In this document: piece after piece, positions 1 through 14,289 of the stretch
Position numbering within the stretch: the stretch's first letter is position 1
Layout of the letters: each line of letters starts with the position of its first letter
Source of the DNA: Neocallimastix sp. 'constans'
Lineage: Eukaryota
NCBI GenBank assembly: GCA_050613775.1
Contig: JBODTK010000125.1
Coordinates: forward strand, 434,001 to 494,724
Direction: 5' to 3'
Length of the DNA stretch: 60,724 nucleotides
Made by a program: the position numbers and the translations under genes
The notes under the pieces: model-generated
What the model saw: the letters and a program-made list of their open reading frames with translations, nothing else
The model's database searches: none
Told to the model about the DNA's origin: nothing

Positions 1-495
1 ATGAAAATGGAAAGTGATAGATTAAGAGATGAGCAATTAGAAAATAATTCAATGTCAATTAATATAAATAAAAATACAAATAATAATAACGATAATACAA
101 ATAAATTAGTAAAACCCAAAGAAGAAGGTGTTGATGTCGATATTGAAGAGGATAGTCAAGACAATAATCAAGAAGAAATGGAGGAGGTGGAAACAGAAAC
201 AGCACATGGTGAAGATGAAGAAATAGATGAAATTGAAGAAGATGAAGATGAAGAACATGAAAATGATGATAGTAACATTAAAGAAAATAAAAGTTCTTCT
301 CAAAAAAAAAAAAAAGAAAATAAATATAAAGATAATGAAAAAAGAGAAAAAAAGAAAGAAAGTATTGATACAAACAATACCACAGATGAAGATGAGGATG
401 AAATTGAAGATGAAATTGATTCATCCGATTCAGATAATAATACAAAAGTCTCCATTGCTAATGAATCACAAATTACTACAGAAGATGAAAATTAA
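1..495 (+). CDS. 3' end (probably last exon) of a gene encoding an acidic, low-complexity C-terminus; product unknown
   Basis: Frame is open from the window edge to TAA at 493-495. The translation is Glu/Asp/Asn/Lys-rich and the sequence is more G-rich than the flanking DNA. No domain was recognised. Confidence 0.6.
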   Translation: MKMESDRLRDEQLENNSMSININKNTNNNNDNTNKLVKPKEEGVDVDIEEDSQDNNQEEMEEVETETAHGEDEEIDEIEEDEDEEHENDDSNIKENKSSSQKKKKENKYKDNEKREKKKESIDTNNTTDEDEDEIEDEIDSSDSDNNTKVSIANESQITTEDEN

Positions 496-540
496 TTTTT
501 TTTAAATAAAAGAATATATATAATAAATAACAATAAAACG

Positions 541-574
<34 letters not shown>

Positions 575-909
575 TAAATATTCAACAACTATAGAAAAAA
601 AATGGATAAAGGAAAAAGAAATAACGAATATAATTAATAAAATGATTTTGATAAGATAAAATTGAATAAAATAGAATGATATAAAAATAGAAAATTTTTA
701 AAAAAAAAATAATTGAAGTATAATATTTAATTTTATTCTTCTTACATAATAAAATTAAACTTTTTCCTTTTATATTAATTATTGTTATTATTATTTTAAA
801 TTTATATATATATATATATATATATATTATATTTAATTTCATTTATATTTTATTAATTTTATCTTTATTTTTTATTTTTTATTTATTTTTATTTATTTAT
901 TTATTTATT

Positions 910-1090
910 TATTTTATTTTATTTTATTTTATTTTATTTTATTTTATTTTATTTTATTTTATTTTATTTTATTTTATTTTATTTTATTTTATTTTATTTT
1001 ATTTTATTTTATTTTATTTTATTTTATTTTATTTTATTTTATTTTATTTTATTTTATTTTATTTTATTTTATTTTATTTTATTTTATTTA
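910..1090. repeat. (ATTTT)n microsatellite
   Basis: Perfect pentamer run is visible directly. Confidence 0.95.
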
Positions 1091-2159
1091 TTAATTTATT
1101 TTTTTTATTTATTAATTTATTTATTTATTTATTTATTTATTTATTAATAAAATTAAAAATTTAATAATAAATTATCATGACAATAATCATAATAAAATAA
1201 TAAAAAGAAAACAAAAATTTTGAAAATATTCATAACAAAAATAGATAATTATAAGCAATATTACATTATTAAGAAAGGATTATATGAGTAATTTTAGAAT
1301 TTATAATAGATAAGTAATGTATTCTATTTAATAATATATTCCTAAAAAGAAGTAATAATATTTCTATAGTTTTATAACTTACTTCATTAATTTTTAATAA
1401 ATATTAATATTTCCATAATGAATATTTTTACAGTGAATTCTGAAGATATAAATAAATTTTTATAAGATTATATTTACTTTTTTTTTTTTTTTTTATATAT
1501 GTAATTGTAATTGTTATTAATTTTATATATGTGCTATTTTAGTTATAATTCATAATATTTATTAAATTCGAAATAAAAGTTTCATTTTCATGTTATTTTT
1601 TTCCTTCTTTTTTGGCAATATTTACTTCTATATTACACCCAAATAACCAATATGCAATATGTAATAAATAAAATTTTTTATTTTCTAATTGAAATTGGTT
1701 AATTTTAATATCAATATATTAATATTGATATATTGAAAAAAAAGAAAATTTTGTATTAATATAATTTTTATACTAATAATTAATATTTATATTAAATATA
1801 TTTAAATTAAATATGTTATCTACTTCATATTGATAATATAATATTTAATAAATTATATAATATTTAATAAGAATTCACTCTTAACAATAAATTTTATAAA
1901 TAAATAAATAAATCATTTGTTATTTATTTTATTTTAATTAAATATTCTATTTATTTTTAATATAAATTTTATGATAAATTATTTATTTATTATATTATTA
2001 TCCATTTACTTATCACTTATTTTTTTTTTAATAAGTATTATTATAAACCCATTTTGTATTATATTCCAAAATATATATTTATATTAATATATATATTTTA
2101 GTATTATTTAAATAATATATTATTATAGTTTTTTAATTATAATATAATATAAATTTTTA

Positions 2160-3120
2160 GTCCAGATATTAACTTTAGTTAATGGATAAACTAACATAGT
2201 ATCAGAAGATACATATTCTAAATTTATTTCTTTTCTACTTATCTTTTCTTAGATGTATTTATAATCGATATTCATGCGTTTACATCTACTTTTTGAATTT
2301 TTTTTTTTTTTTTAAATGATATGTTTGACAAGATTTAATTTCAATTTTAATTTTTAATTTTTAAATTAATTTCTTCATTGAAATTAAGTTAAATAAGAAA
2401 ATATATCCAATGATTAATTTTCTTATTTCTTCATAGGCAATTGAAATTTTATTTCTATCGTACTAAATAGATTTTTCTTTAGTAGATTTTAAATATCTTA
2501 AAAACATTAATGTTTATTTTAAATCAAGCTCTGTTGGGTTTTTAGCATGTTTAATAGCTTAATTAACTACAAATTAAATATCCGGTCTTGTTTTTGTTGA
2601 AATAAATAATAAAGCATCAATAAAAGATATAATTTGTTACGTTTACAGGTGTTGAATTTTTTCTTCAGATTTAAAAATATTTATTTTTATAATTTTCTAA
2701 GCTTCTGTGTCTTTTGAAATTTTATATTTTACTTTAATTTATTTATTATATATTTAATTTCTTTTATCTTCTCCTGTAAGTAAAATATCATCAATATAAC
2801 GACGTAATAATACTTAATTGTTTTAGGTCAATATATCTTAAGTAACTTGATATTTCTTTATACCATTGCCTTCCAGCTTGTTTTAAGCCAAATAGAGCTT
2901 TATCTAATATCTAATATTTTCCGGTGTTGTAATTTTTATATCCTTCTGGTATATCCACATATATTTCTTCTTCTAATTTAGTATTTAAATAAGTTGTTTT
3001 ATATCCATTTGTTTTAAGTTCCATTTATATTGGGATGAAATGGCAGTTGATTGTAATTCTTAAACTATCTGCTTCAATAAATGGTGAATATGTGAAGGTA
3101 TAATTAATACTTTTAACATC
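2160..3120 (-). mobile_element. Degenerate Ty1/Copia RT-RNase H relic
   Basis: Minus-strand translation gives Copia motifs interrupted by stops and frameshifts: QMDIKTTYLNTKLEEEIYVDIPEGY (~2940-3010), KALFGLKQAGRQW (~2865-2900), YIDDI (~2785-2797), LLFISTKTRPDI (~2578-2615), and an MLVYPLTK-like RNase H end (~2175-2200). Confidence 0.8.
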
Positions 3121-3999
3121 TTTCATAAATTAATGAACAATACTATTGAATTTACAATTAAAACTTTAAAATGGAACCGAATATACAAACGAAAATTTCA
3201 AAAAGTATCATTAAAATGGTATTATAAATATAATATTTATTTTTTAAGAAGTAAATCCAGTATTTTTTACTATAGACATCCATAAAAGTTAAATAATAAC
3301 TAAAATTATTATGATATTTTTAATTTACCAACTACATCAAAATGTACAAGTTGTATGTAGTAAACTGTTGATGGAGTAACATCGAAATATTTAATAGCAC
3401 CATTATAAGTTCCTACTATTTCAATTTTATCAGATTTTCAGTCGTAGCAGGTAATAATTTTATTATTGACCTTTTTGTATCATCTAGATCTTTAGCTTCG
3501 TTTGTTATATTTAATGATATTCATCTATCAATTATCTATATTGTTGGTTCTTATGTTTGACTAGTATTGGATGTATCATTAAGAATAGTATTGTAATTAA
3601 CATTTCCTGAAAATCATGTAAAATTTTCATATTTGCTATCTGTCGGAAGATAAGGTTATTGTCTAGTGAATAAGTTGGAAGAGCTTATAAATAGCATTAC
3701 GAATAACTAAAATTCCAATAAAGATAACTACATAAACATAACATTTAATTATAATCTTAATTTTTAAAGGTTAGATAAAAAATTAATTTTAAATATTTAT
3801 CTTAACATAAATATTTAAAATTTTATTTAATAAAAATTTAATCAAAATAATGATTATTATTTATTAATGTATTAATGTATACTAAACACAAAAAAACGTT
3901 TTATGTGAATATTTTTAATAATTATTTTTAAAGAAACTTTTTATTTAATAAATTTAAAGATTATAAATGTTTAGGAATTCAGCTTACAGAACATTTTCT

Positions 4000-4240
4000 A
4001 GGGAGTTGGGCGTTTCACCAAATTATTTGAAAGTATGTAGCGTATTAAAAAAATGTTGCATTTCGCCAAATTGAAAATTATTAAATAAATAACTAAATAA
4101 ATAAATAAATATTATTAATATTGAGTAAAAACAAGTTTTAAAAAAACATTTTGAATTTTTATTTATTAATTCATTCATTCATTCATTTATATCAACACTC
4201 CACTTGGCGTTATGCAACCTGACGAAATGCATTTTTCCAA
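4000..4240. mobile_element. Degenerate MITE with MULE-like ends
   Basis: Left end GGAGTTGGGCGTTTCACCA...GTTGCATTTCGCCAAA resembles 43499-43540. Right end TTGGCGTTATGCAACCTGACGAAATGC is an imperfect inverted copy. Confidence 0.4.
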
Positions 4241-4269
4241 TTCAATTAATAAATCATATCAAACCAATG

Positions 4270-6330
4270 ATTTTTGTTTTTACAGTCGCATTTATTGCGA
4301 ACTTTAATCTTTATTTATTTATTCATTTATTAATTAAATGAATAATTTTAATTTTGATAAAAAAATAAAAATAAAAAAAAAAAAAAACACCGACTTAATA
4401 AAATAAATAAATATTATTTATCCAATAAGAACGTAATAATATTTAAAATAGTAACGTGAAATAAAAAAGTAATATTCAAAAATAAAGTGTATAAATAAAT
4501 TCAGAAAGCAGTTCATATGCAACGAACCTCATTTCCATATGGATTGGAGTTTGAATTGACTATCTGAAAGAAATTATGGTCTTCTCCTTCAGAGGCATTG
4601 GCCCTGCTAGTTTGTCATACCACATTTTCGGTGTTGACTCTCCTGGTTAGTGTCGAGTACTAGTATGAGACATAATTTCTGTTAAGAGAGACGCAAATCG
4701 CACTTAGAATGGCGTTTTAGAAAAATCATTAGATATGATTTGGTTTTTAAGCAAAACATTCCATTCCTTTTTATAATTTATATCAATAATGTCTGTATCT
4801 CTTCTACCAAAAAGGAAGTTATATATATCCATACCATGTCACATATATTTACACACTCATTATTCAGAAAATTACTTAAATTAACACGATATTCACCAAT
4901 TGAACTATTCACTACATTAGAAATTATGACACTGTTATTTTCACAATCAATAATATTAATATTTTACTATCATTAATTCTATTATTATTAACAATATTAT
5001 TTTTATTGTTATTATTATTAATATTGTATAATTTGTTACTACTATCAGAATCTGTACTTGATTCTATATTATTCATATTTGTGATAACAGTGTTTGCATT
5101 ACTATTTAATATTGGACAATACTTAGAAATAATATAAATTTTTTCATAAAGAATTTCAATATCTTTACAATATTTCATTCGAAATTCACGGAAATGATAG
5201 CATTTAGAAAACTAATGTTCTAATCGAGGATTTCTATTTTTTCTTAAACAACAAGGACACCGTTCTGGACAGTCTTCTTCAATCATTTTCGCAGCTTTAG
5301 CAACACAAGCATTATCATCAATCTAAAAGGTCGACAAATTAATGGTATACGTTTGTTAGAAATTCCGCAATCCCCACAAAATACGGAACAGTTGACGAAG
5401 TTGAACTTTGTTCAAAAAATATTGTTAACTAATTGTAATTGTCTTTGTTCCCCATCATTAAGTTTAATTTTTTCATATATTGAACTCCCACCAAGAAGAG
5501 CACTCAATATAAAGTAATAAATATTATTATCATAATCCTTTTCTGAATCTAAAGAAACATTCAAGTATTTTTGTTCAATTATCATTGCAAACTTCAAAAA
5601 GAGATCATCTAGAAAAGGTAAATATTTATTTCTGTAATTTTCCAATTCTTTACAGGCAAAGTTCTAGTGAGAAAAGCTAGGTACACTAACACCACAACAA
5701 GGGCAACATTTAGGGCAATCTTCTAAGACTATTTTTCTTTTAATGGAAATACTAATGTCAAATTTAAAACCATACCTAATTCGAGAAATCCAAAAGAATC
5801 CTAACTGATACTTAGGATATTGAAATGTTAAGTTTTTGATTTCTGAAATAAATCCAAAATCATTCTCCTTGTAAATAATTGATTTTTTAGCTTTTGAGGG
5901 TTTGAAAACATCTCTTTCCCAATAAAACTTTTTTATTTCACTTGTTTTTTCACCATTTAATTTCTTATCCAAAGTCCTTGATTCTTTAGTCCATGAATAA
6001 TGTGACATAGTAAGAATATTATTAGTGAGATGATTAATAATACAGGATGAATTTTTCCATTTTCTAAAGCAGCGTAAATAAGATATAGCACAGACAGCTG
6101 AAAGAGGAGGTATTCTCAATTCACGAGTAATATCATAGAGACTAACATAAGAATTACGAGATTTAAATCCATAACTCCAATAAAGTCCTCTATTAATAAT
6201 TTTTTGAGCTTTAGAACGTCTGCTCTTATTTGAACCAAAGAGAGGAGCATAATATATAACAAGACTAAGAATAAACAAAATTAAAACATATTTCTTCAAT
6301 GGGAGAGGAATAGATTTATTAATAAGAAAT
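4270..6330 (-). mobile_element. Mosaic of non-LTR (LINE) 3' fragments: ORF C-terminus, 3'UTR and A-rich tail
   Basis: ORFs 5664-6299 and 5412-5645 match the C-terminal part of 8744-10300 (YYAPLFGSNKSR, HYSWTKESR, CPKCCPCCG zinc motif). 4560-4740 encodes a TRRVNTE...EDHNF-like terminus. A T-rich tail lies at ~4270-4281. Confidence 0.8.
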
Positions 6331-6354
6331 CGAAAGTACGAATTTAATTTGACA

Positions 6355-6920
6355 CTCCGTTCTTAGTGGTTACTGCGGCACTTCTCCAATCGATTATACC
6401 TATTGCCATTGACCAGCAATGGTCTTTGTTCAATATGTTCAAATCGAATCGTACTACTACTACCAAGAGCGTCAATGCTGAAGAAACAGTAAGACAGAAC
6501 AGCAGAGCTAGCGCAACCAATGAAGATCATAATTTTGTATCTTAAAATTATGATTAACATTGCGAAGTCAAAATTAATTATTATACTTCAGTATAATAAT
6601 GCCCTTGTGAAGTTTTACAAATATTAATTAAATGAAACTAGAATATATTATACCGTTATTTTATTTTATTTTGTGTTTTTTTTTTTTTTGTTTTGTTTAT
6701 TTTTTTATCGTTTTTTTCTTTTTATTACATGTATTTTTTTTTTCAAATATTTAATTTATATAGATGAAAAAAGTTTGCTTGCCGTTAAAAAAAAAAAAAA
6801 AATTTATTCCGTGTTTTTTTTTTATTTTTTATTAAAATTTAAAGTATTCATGTATATTATATAAGAATAAATAAATAAAGATTAAAGATCGCAATAATTG
6901 CGGCTATAAAAAAAAAAAAA
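6355..6920 (+). mobile_element. 5'-truncated LINE 3' end with poly(A) tail
   Basis: The + frame LVVTAALLQSIIPIAIDQQWSLFNMFKSNRTTTTKSVNAEE parallels IVGLAEFLTSAIPIISRSFELLFDRYCKIPNLTKSVD of the 8744 ORF. The 3'UTR ends GCAATAATTGCGGCTAT followed by A13 and is an inverted homolog of 4280-4395. Confidence 0.7.
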
Positions 6921-6924
6921 TTAT

Positions 6925-9900
6925 TTTTATTTTTATTTTATTATATATATTAAAATAAAAAATAATTTTTTTATCTATTTTTTATTATTATTACCCAATG
7001 ATGGAATCTAAGCTGTATGGTATCTGAGGGGATCGGCAAATAGTATAATAATAAAATCTTAATTATTTTTCAATTTTATATGCAATCTCGATCTTTTTAT
7101 ATAAATCATAACTGTAGTTTTTTAAATCAATTATTCAATCAAAAGAATTTTTTACACTATACTATTAACAATATTATTTTTGTTTTTTATCTTATATTTT
7201 TAAATTTTATCTATACTATATATTTATATATTTTTTTATCGTTATATATATTATTTTATATCTCTATATAAATTTTTTACTTTAGGTTTTTTAATTTTCA
7301 TATCCTTTTACAATATTTTAACATATAAGAAAATAAATAAATTATTTTACATTATATTTTATTGAATAAATAATTTTTCCACTAATATTGTTTTTTAATA
7401 CATCTTAGGAAATTCAATTCATGTGAAACAATTAACTTTTATTTTCAGTAAACTTAAATGTTAATATTTTTTATATAATTCTTTGGTATACAATCCTTAT
7501 AATCAATTCACATTAAATAGAAATTAAGTCAGTTCTTTTCTCAACTAACTCTAAACATGGATGCTTTTAGCTCAGTTAATACTACTCCCTTCCATTGTGG
7601 TTTCTACTGCTTCTGTAATCATATGAACAATTATAGCCTTATTTTTATCCATGACCTTAATTCTTGGTCCCCTAGAAAATTAATGGCTCAAGTTATTAGT
7701 AAGATCCCTAACAGCAATGAAATTATTCCATATGTTACAAAACTTTTTTCTCCAAGGTATGGCTCATACTTCATTATTAGGGTTAATAAATACAAAAATG
7801 ATCTCAACTTTTTCGATGTTTTAAATTTCTTAAGAGATAAAATTCCTGAAACAGCTAAAATTAACTGGTCCTTGTGTAATGAACTTAAATAAAAGAACAA
7901 ATCAAGAAAATATAATAACATTGATGTTGAACTTAAACCTATGGAAAAATATTTTTTCTCTTGAAATTTAAATTCAAAATCATCTTTCTTTAATCTCTGT
8001 GTTAGTTGGAATATTAATGGTTGGAATACTGAAAAGCGTGATAGTATTTTATTACGATTGAAGATATTAAAAAAACTATTTCATCAATGAAAAACAATAA
8101 AGCACCCGTCCCTGATGGTATCCCTACAAAGCTCTTGTTTGCAATTAAGAATTACTAGAAACATATCCTGCTGCTGGAAAGTGTCTTAAATTGATTTTTA
8201 ATAAAATCTGGAATGGATCCTTTTTTTTTTCCTAAAAAATAGAACTCAGCTTCTATTGTATCAATCCCTAAGAATAGTGACTTAATAGATTGTAGTGACT
8301 ATGGAGATATTTCTCTCATTAATGTTGGATTGAAAATCATTTCAAAAATTAAAACAGATAGAATATTTACTTATGCACTTACACATAATTTCATCAGACC
8401 TAAACAATTTAGTTTTCGTAATCATGAAGAATGCATTAGTTTATTCATTTCTGTAAGTGAAATTTGCCAAAGAAGAAATTTTCAAGGAAAATTTACATAT
8501 TTAGCCTTTTAGATCTTAAAAAAGCTTATGATTCAGTTCCTATTTTTAACATTCTTACAAAATTATATCATTATGGAGTCCGTGGTAAATGTTTTGATCT
8601 TCTATGTAATTTATATACTTCATCTAAAGTACGTGCTCGATTTGCTTCAATGTTATCAAATGGATTTCCTATTAAAAGAGGTGTTCGTCAAGGTTGTCCA
8701 TTATCTCCAATCTTATTAAATTTATTCATCAATGATATACTAAATGACTGTGAAAAGTATGGTGTTAGCATTGGAAGAAAAAAATGTTGTGGTGGACTCT
8801 TTGCTGATGATGTTGTTCTCATTGCTCCGAGTGCAAAAAAATTTAGAAAAATTATTAAAAAAGGTACATAAAAGGGCTAATTTAAATGAAATGACTTTTG
8901 ATATTGTAAAATGTGCAACTATGGTTATAAAACCAATGAACTTCCAATCTCCTCCAAATTATTGTGACCCAACCTTCTATTTAGGAATGAATGCTATTCC
9001 AAAAGTTTCTAGTTATGTTTACCTAGGTATTCCTTTCTCAGATGATATCTTATTAGAACACATTATATCTCACATGCATTTTAAAGTTAGAAAATTCCTT
9101 CTTTCATTTACACGTTTCTTTTCAAATAAATTTATTCCCATTGCATACAAGAAAAAGGCTCTTCAATCTTTTGTTATTAGTAAAGTTATTTATTATTCTC
9201 CTCTACTTGGTTCAAACAAATCTAGAACGGCTAGAATTCAAACATTAATTAATACTGATCTATTTTGGTGCATCGGTTCCTTCTCTAAAAATGGTAAAAC
9301 AAATTCAGAAAACAACGACTATATTAGACATAATTCTACTATGAGTACTTATGCTTTATCTCGAGATCTAAACATCCCTCCTATTGCTGGTATCTGCGCA
9401 GCCTTACAGATTAAATCTTTTGCAAAATGGATTAAATCAAACTGTATTATAAAGGATCTTATTAAATCTATTCCCAAAATTCTTTATTATTCTTGGACTA
9501 AAGAATCTAGAACTTTGTACAAAAAAATCAAAAAATATAAATGTGTAAAATATGATGATATTTTAGAGCGTTACCGGAAATCAGTTTCCAAATTTCAAGG
9601 TATTAAAGGTCAAAATTATGATAGTAACAAGTTCTCAAACAATAAAGATATAATTATGCTTAGATTAAAATATCCCCAATTCAACTTAGGGTTTTCATGG
9701 ATTATACGTTTACGCTGTGGTTATAAATACAATACTACTATTGCTATTAGAATGGGTAGAGTTTCTGATAATTGTCCCAAGACTTTCCCCTGTTGTGGCG
9801 AAGATAATCAATCTTTTGAACATTGGATTTTTAAATGCAATACTCTTCCATCTTTTAGATGGAATTCTTTAAATTTCATCGATGATCTCTATGTTTTGTT

Positions 9901-10567
9901 CGCTAGGAAGATTAGAGTGTTAAACCATCTTTTTTCCTATGACTCTATTTCTGATTCTAATGATTATATCAATCGTTATATATTTTTGTTCCTTCTTGGT
10001 GGGACTTTAAATGAGATACATTTCGATAGTGGGGAACAGAAACAATTAAATAAACTACTTTTCAAAGGTTCATCTGAGTCACCTGTTCCAAAAATTGTGG
10101 GCTTGGCGGAATTCTTAACTAGTGCAATACCTATTATAAGTAGGTCGTTTGAGCTATTATTTGATAGGTATTGTAAAATACCAAACTTAACCAAGAGTGT
10201 CGACATCGTACTTATAAGGCATAATGATAATACAGGATCATCATCTATTTTCACGAAGGGTGAATCTCGCCTTAGTAGTTCAATAAATGATGAATCCTGA
10301 GAGAGTTTAGTGGACACCACACTATCTTTTTTAAAGATGTTACTTCTAGGTTTTATTACTTTTTTATTTGTTAGGAAGGGAAAATTCCCTCATAGTACAA
10401 CTTACCGAAATACATAGTATTTTCGAGCTTTTTTATTTTTTATTTTTTAACTTTTATTTTTATTTTTAATTTCAAATGTACTTTTTACCTATATGTTTTT
10501 TTTATAATAAAATTAATAAATTTATGGAAGTGTATTCTCTTCTTTGTCTAAAAAAAAAAAAAAAAAA
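6925..10567 (+). mobile_element. APE-type non-LTR retrotransposon (LINE), internally deleted and frameshifted
   Basis: APE start LCVSWNINGWN (~7995) is fused directly to the pre-RT region at ~8055. RT motifs are DLKKAYDSV, GVRQGCPLSP and LFADD. The C-terminal motif is CCGEDNQSFEHWIFKC, and a poly(A) tail lies at 10550-10567. The 5' boundary is approximate. Confidence 0.9.
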
Positions 10568-11289
10568 TCTAGATTTGAAAAAGGCATTTGACTAGGAGTG
10601 CTTGCCCCAATGAGACTGCTTTTCCAAGTCCATGGATGGTTCTTTAGATTTAGAAAAGGATTATGATAATAATATTTTTTACTATATATTGAGTACCCGA
10701 TGAAGTGGACTGTTTTTCCAGGTTCATGGAGGGTTGATGGAAAAGGAATAGCCTATATCAGGTGTACTGTTTGCAGCTTTCTGTGATTCTGATGATAATC
10801 GATGGTTATCCTTTCTAAAGTACGGAGAGAGTAAACTAGAATACTGGAAGACTGTAGAAAGAGGACCTGATGCTTTATATTGTTTTAAGTTGGATATATA
10901 GTAACATTGGAATTGTATAATTAATAATATCATGTAGTTTCTACATATTATCATTATATTGAATCTATTGAATTTTTTTACTTTAGCATTATTTTGTATA
11001 TGTATTTTTCTATTGTATTATTTATACTTTCATGTAGCTATTGTAAAATGGAAATGTATGAGATTGATTCACTTCAAAGCTTGTGTTTAAAACATTATTT
11101 AACGGATGGGAATCTTTTTTATAGTCTTTCTCTACTAATATTTTTTTCTTTTTTAAAAACAGCAATACTGGATAAAATCAATTATTTACAAAATCACAAA
11201 ACTATAAAATCATCAAGAACAACTATATAATTCAAGCTTTCATATATTCAACACCAATATTTTTTTTAAACTATTTAAAGGGAATTTAC

Positions 11290-13575
11290 GTTCTCTTTTA
11301 TTTTTATTTTTATTTTATTATATATTATATATATTAAAAAAAAAAATTTTTTTTATCTATTTTTTATTATTATTATTTTTTTTTTATTTTATTCTTTTTT
11401 TATTTTACTTTTTTAGGCTTTCTTGAAATGGATAATACTTCTTCAAATTCAGCAACTATACCAAAGATTTCATTCATATCTTTATACATGATCTTCAATC
11501 ATGGTCTGTTAATAAACTTTGGAAATTTCTTAGTAAGCATATTTCCAATTACAATGAAATAGTTCGTGGAATTACAAAAAAAACACACACCTAATATGGA
11601 AAATTACTTCATTTTAAGGATTAACTATAATAAACTCACTTATTATCTAAATATTTTATTTCTTCTTACTAGATGCCTTCCTATATACAAAATTAATTGG
11701 ATCAAAACCGACAAAATTAGAACTTTCAGTTATGTTAAGAAATTCAACAATAAATTTTCTTCTTTTGAAATTAAATCAATGATAAAAGATTTTCTTTATA
11801 GTAGTATTTACTCACCGTCTACTCAATTCTTCAGTCTTTGTGTCAGTTGGAACATTAATGGATGGAATGCCAAAAAACGTGATGGTATTAGATACTTTAA
11901 TGAAATTTTTAAACCTCTCTGTATTTGCTTGAAAGAGGTCAGTAATAGCCAATACCTTAATGTACATTCAAATAATTACCCATTTCTTTGTCACTATAAT
12001 ACAATTTTACGAAGAGCTGGTCCAAATATACCTGGTATGAGAGGTCTTAGTATAAGTGTACATCGTTCTTGTTCATTTTCTCCTGATTCTTTTGAATATA
12101 AGTATATCATTTCTGTCAATATTACTTCTTTTTGGAGAATTAAATGCACTATTGGTAATATTTATGTTCCTACGGTCACTCATAAGGAAGAAAGAACGAA
12201 TGCCTTTTCAAAAATTACTAATTGGATAAAGAAACATACTAATACACCTTCTATTCTTGTAGGTGACTTTAATATGTCTAAATCTCAATTAGAAAGATTA
12301 CTTAATAAATCATCTCATCAGTGGTTCACAAAAACCTTATCGGGTCTCGATTTCACCTGGGCTCGGAATGGTAGTTCAATTGAATCGATTTGCTGAACGT
12401 TATAGTGAACTAGCTTCTGATGTTACTCAACATAGTCTGGATAATGAATACTGGGTAAATTTATTTAGAACTAATCCTAATAATAATCCTACTTAGAATA
12501 TTAATGATCCTATTACTATGGAAGAAATTCAAAATATTGTGCTTGATATGAAAAATAATAAAGTTCCTAGCTCCGATGGCATTCCTATTGAATTTTTTAA
12601 AGCCTTCTTTAGTAAATCTGATTTATCCGATAATCAAGATGATTCTTCAGTTGTTCATTACTCTAATTGTGCTAATGTTTACTTTCATTATTTAACAAAA
12701 TCTGAGCTGGTGATTTCCCTGAAGGGTAGAATTCGGCTTCTATAATATCAATTCCAAAAAAAGGAGATGTTTCAGATTGCAATAATTTTTGTGATATTTC
12801 TCTTATGAATGTTGGCTTAAAAATTATTTCAAAGATTGTTACTAATAGAATTGCTAAATATGCCTTTGAACATAAATTTGTTAGACCTGAACAATTTGGA
12901 TTTAGAAATAAAGAAGAATGCATAAGTTTATATATTTCAATTAGAGAAATATGTCAAAGAAGAAAATTTCAAGGAAATTTTACTTATCTTGCTTTTCTCG
13001 ATCTTAAAAAAGCCTATAATAGTACCTATCTTAAATATTTTGACTAAATTATATAGCTTAGGTATTAGAGGTAAATGTCATATGTTTTTAAAGAATCTTT
13101 ATCTATCCTCTAAAGCTCGTGCTTTTTTTAATGGTAATCTCTCAGAAGAATTTTCGATTAATCGTGGTGTTAGACAAGGATGCCCTCTATCTCCTATTTT
13201 ATTCAATTTGTTCATTAATGATATACTGGATAATTGTGATAAGTATAGTGTAAATTTAGAATCTCAATATTGTTGTGGTGGACTTTTTGCGGATGATATT
13301 GTTTTAGTTGCTTCATCTAAACAGGCTCTTAAGAAAATTTTGAATAAAATTCATGAATGGGCTATTAAGAATGAAATGACTTTTGGAATTAATAAGTGTG
13401 CTACTCTTGTTGTAAAACCGCTTAACTTTGTTAAACCGATAAATTATGAAGATCTATCTTTCTTTATTGGTAGTAACAAATTACCTAAAACTAACAACTA
13501 TATTTATCTTGTTATTCCTTTTGATGAATCTTTATCATTGAAACCTATACAATCCAAATTAAATAGTAATTTAAA
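11290..13575 (+). mobile_element. Second APE-type LINE, 3'-truncated and frameshifted
   Basis: ORF 11566-12396 has APE motifs (SWNINGWN, ILVGDFN). RT pieces are DGIPIEF, QFGFR, FLDLKKAY, GVRQGCPLSP and LFADD. The sequence breaks off at ~13575. Confidence 0.9.
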
Positions 13576-14289
13576 AGCACCTGAATTCATCTGGCACTTA
13601 AATAGATCCTTCCATTCCTTTGTACTGTTATTAATACTTCGACCTCCAAGAAGGAAATTAAACACTTTTTCACACACACTAGAATCAATATACACATTAT
13701 TTTCACATTATTTTCAATACTATTACTAACATTACTAAAAATACTATTACTAATATTACTATAACTATTATTACTATTACTATTATTACTATTACTATTA
13801 TTACTATTACTATTATCATTATTACTATTAACTATATCATTTGTTAGGTTGCCACAGTAAAAAGCATTATATAAAAATAAAATTTTATTATTAACTTTAC
13901 TACGAATATGATTGAAAAAAGGACAATCAATTAACCAATGAACTGAATTTTCGTCATCCGGAGGAATTAATTTTTTTTTTTCTTTTTTTTTAACGGCGGC
14001 AAACTTGTTTCATCTTTATTAATTAAATATTTGAAAAAAAAAAAATACATGTAATAAAAAAAAAAAAAAAGATAAAAAAAATAAAAAAAAAAAAACAAAA
14101 AAAACATTGCGCTAGCCCCTGAGGAATTAAAGCTTAATAAAATTCAATAGGAATTCCATCCGGGCCTGAAGCTTTATAATTTGGAATAACTAAAATTGCT
14201 TCTTTAATTTCTTCTATACTGTTCAAATCTAGAAAAGCAAGGTAAGTTTATTATTGTTTTTACACCTTTGACAAATTTCTCGAATTGAA
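13575..14289 (-). mobile_element. Patchwork of minus-strand LINE fragments
   Basis: 13575-13700 translates VCEKVFNFLLGGRS (LINE C-terminus). 13975-14107 is an inverted homolog of the 6670-6800 3'UTR. 14125-14289 encodes GPDGIPIEF and SIREICQR...FLDL-like RT pieces that continue at 15191-15250. Confidence 0.65.

Noticed and set aside
6994..7031. C/D box snoRNA or ribozyme (CCC-ATGATGG...CTGA-GGG) at the LINE 5' end
   Set aside because: It is only ~38 nt, the C box is imperfect, and no hammerhead or HDV core could be built by eye.
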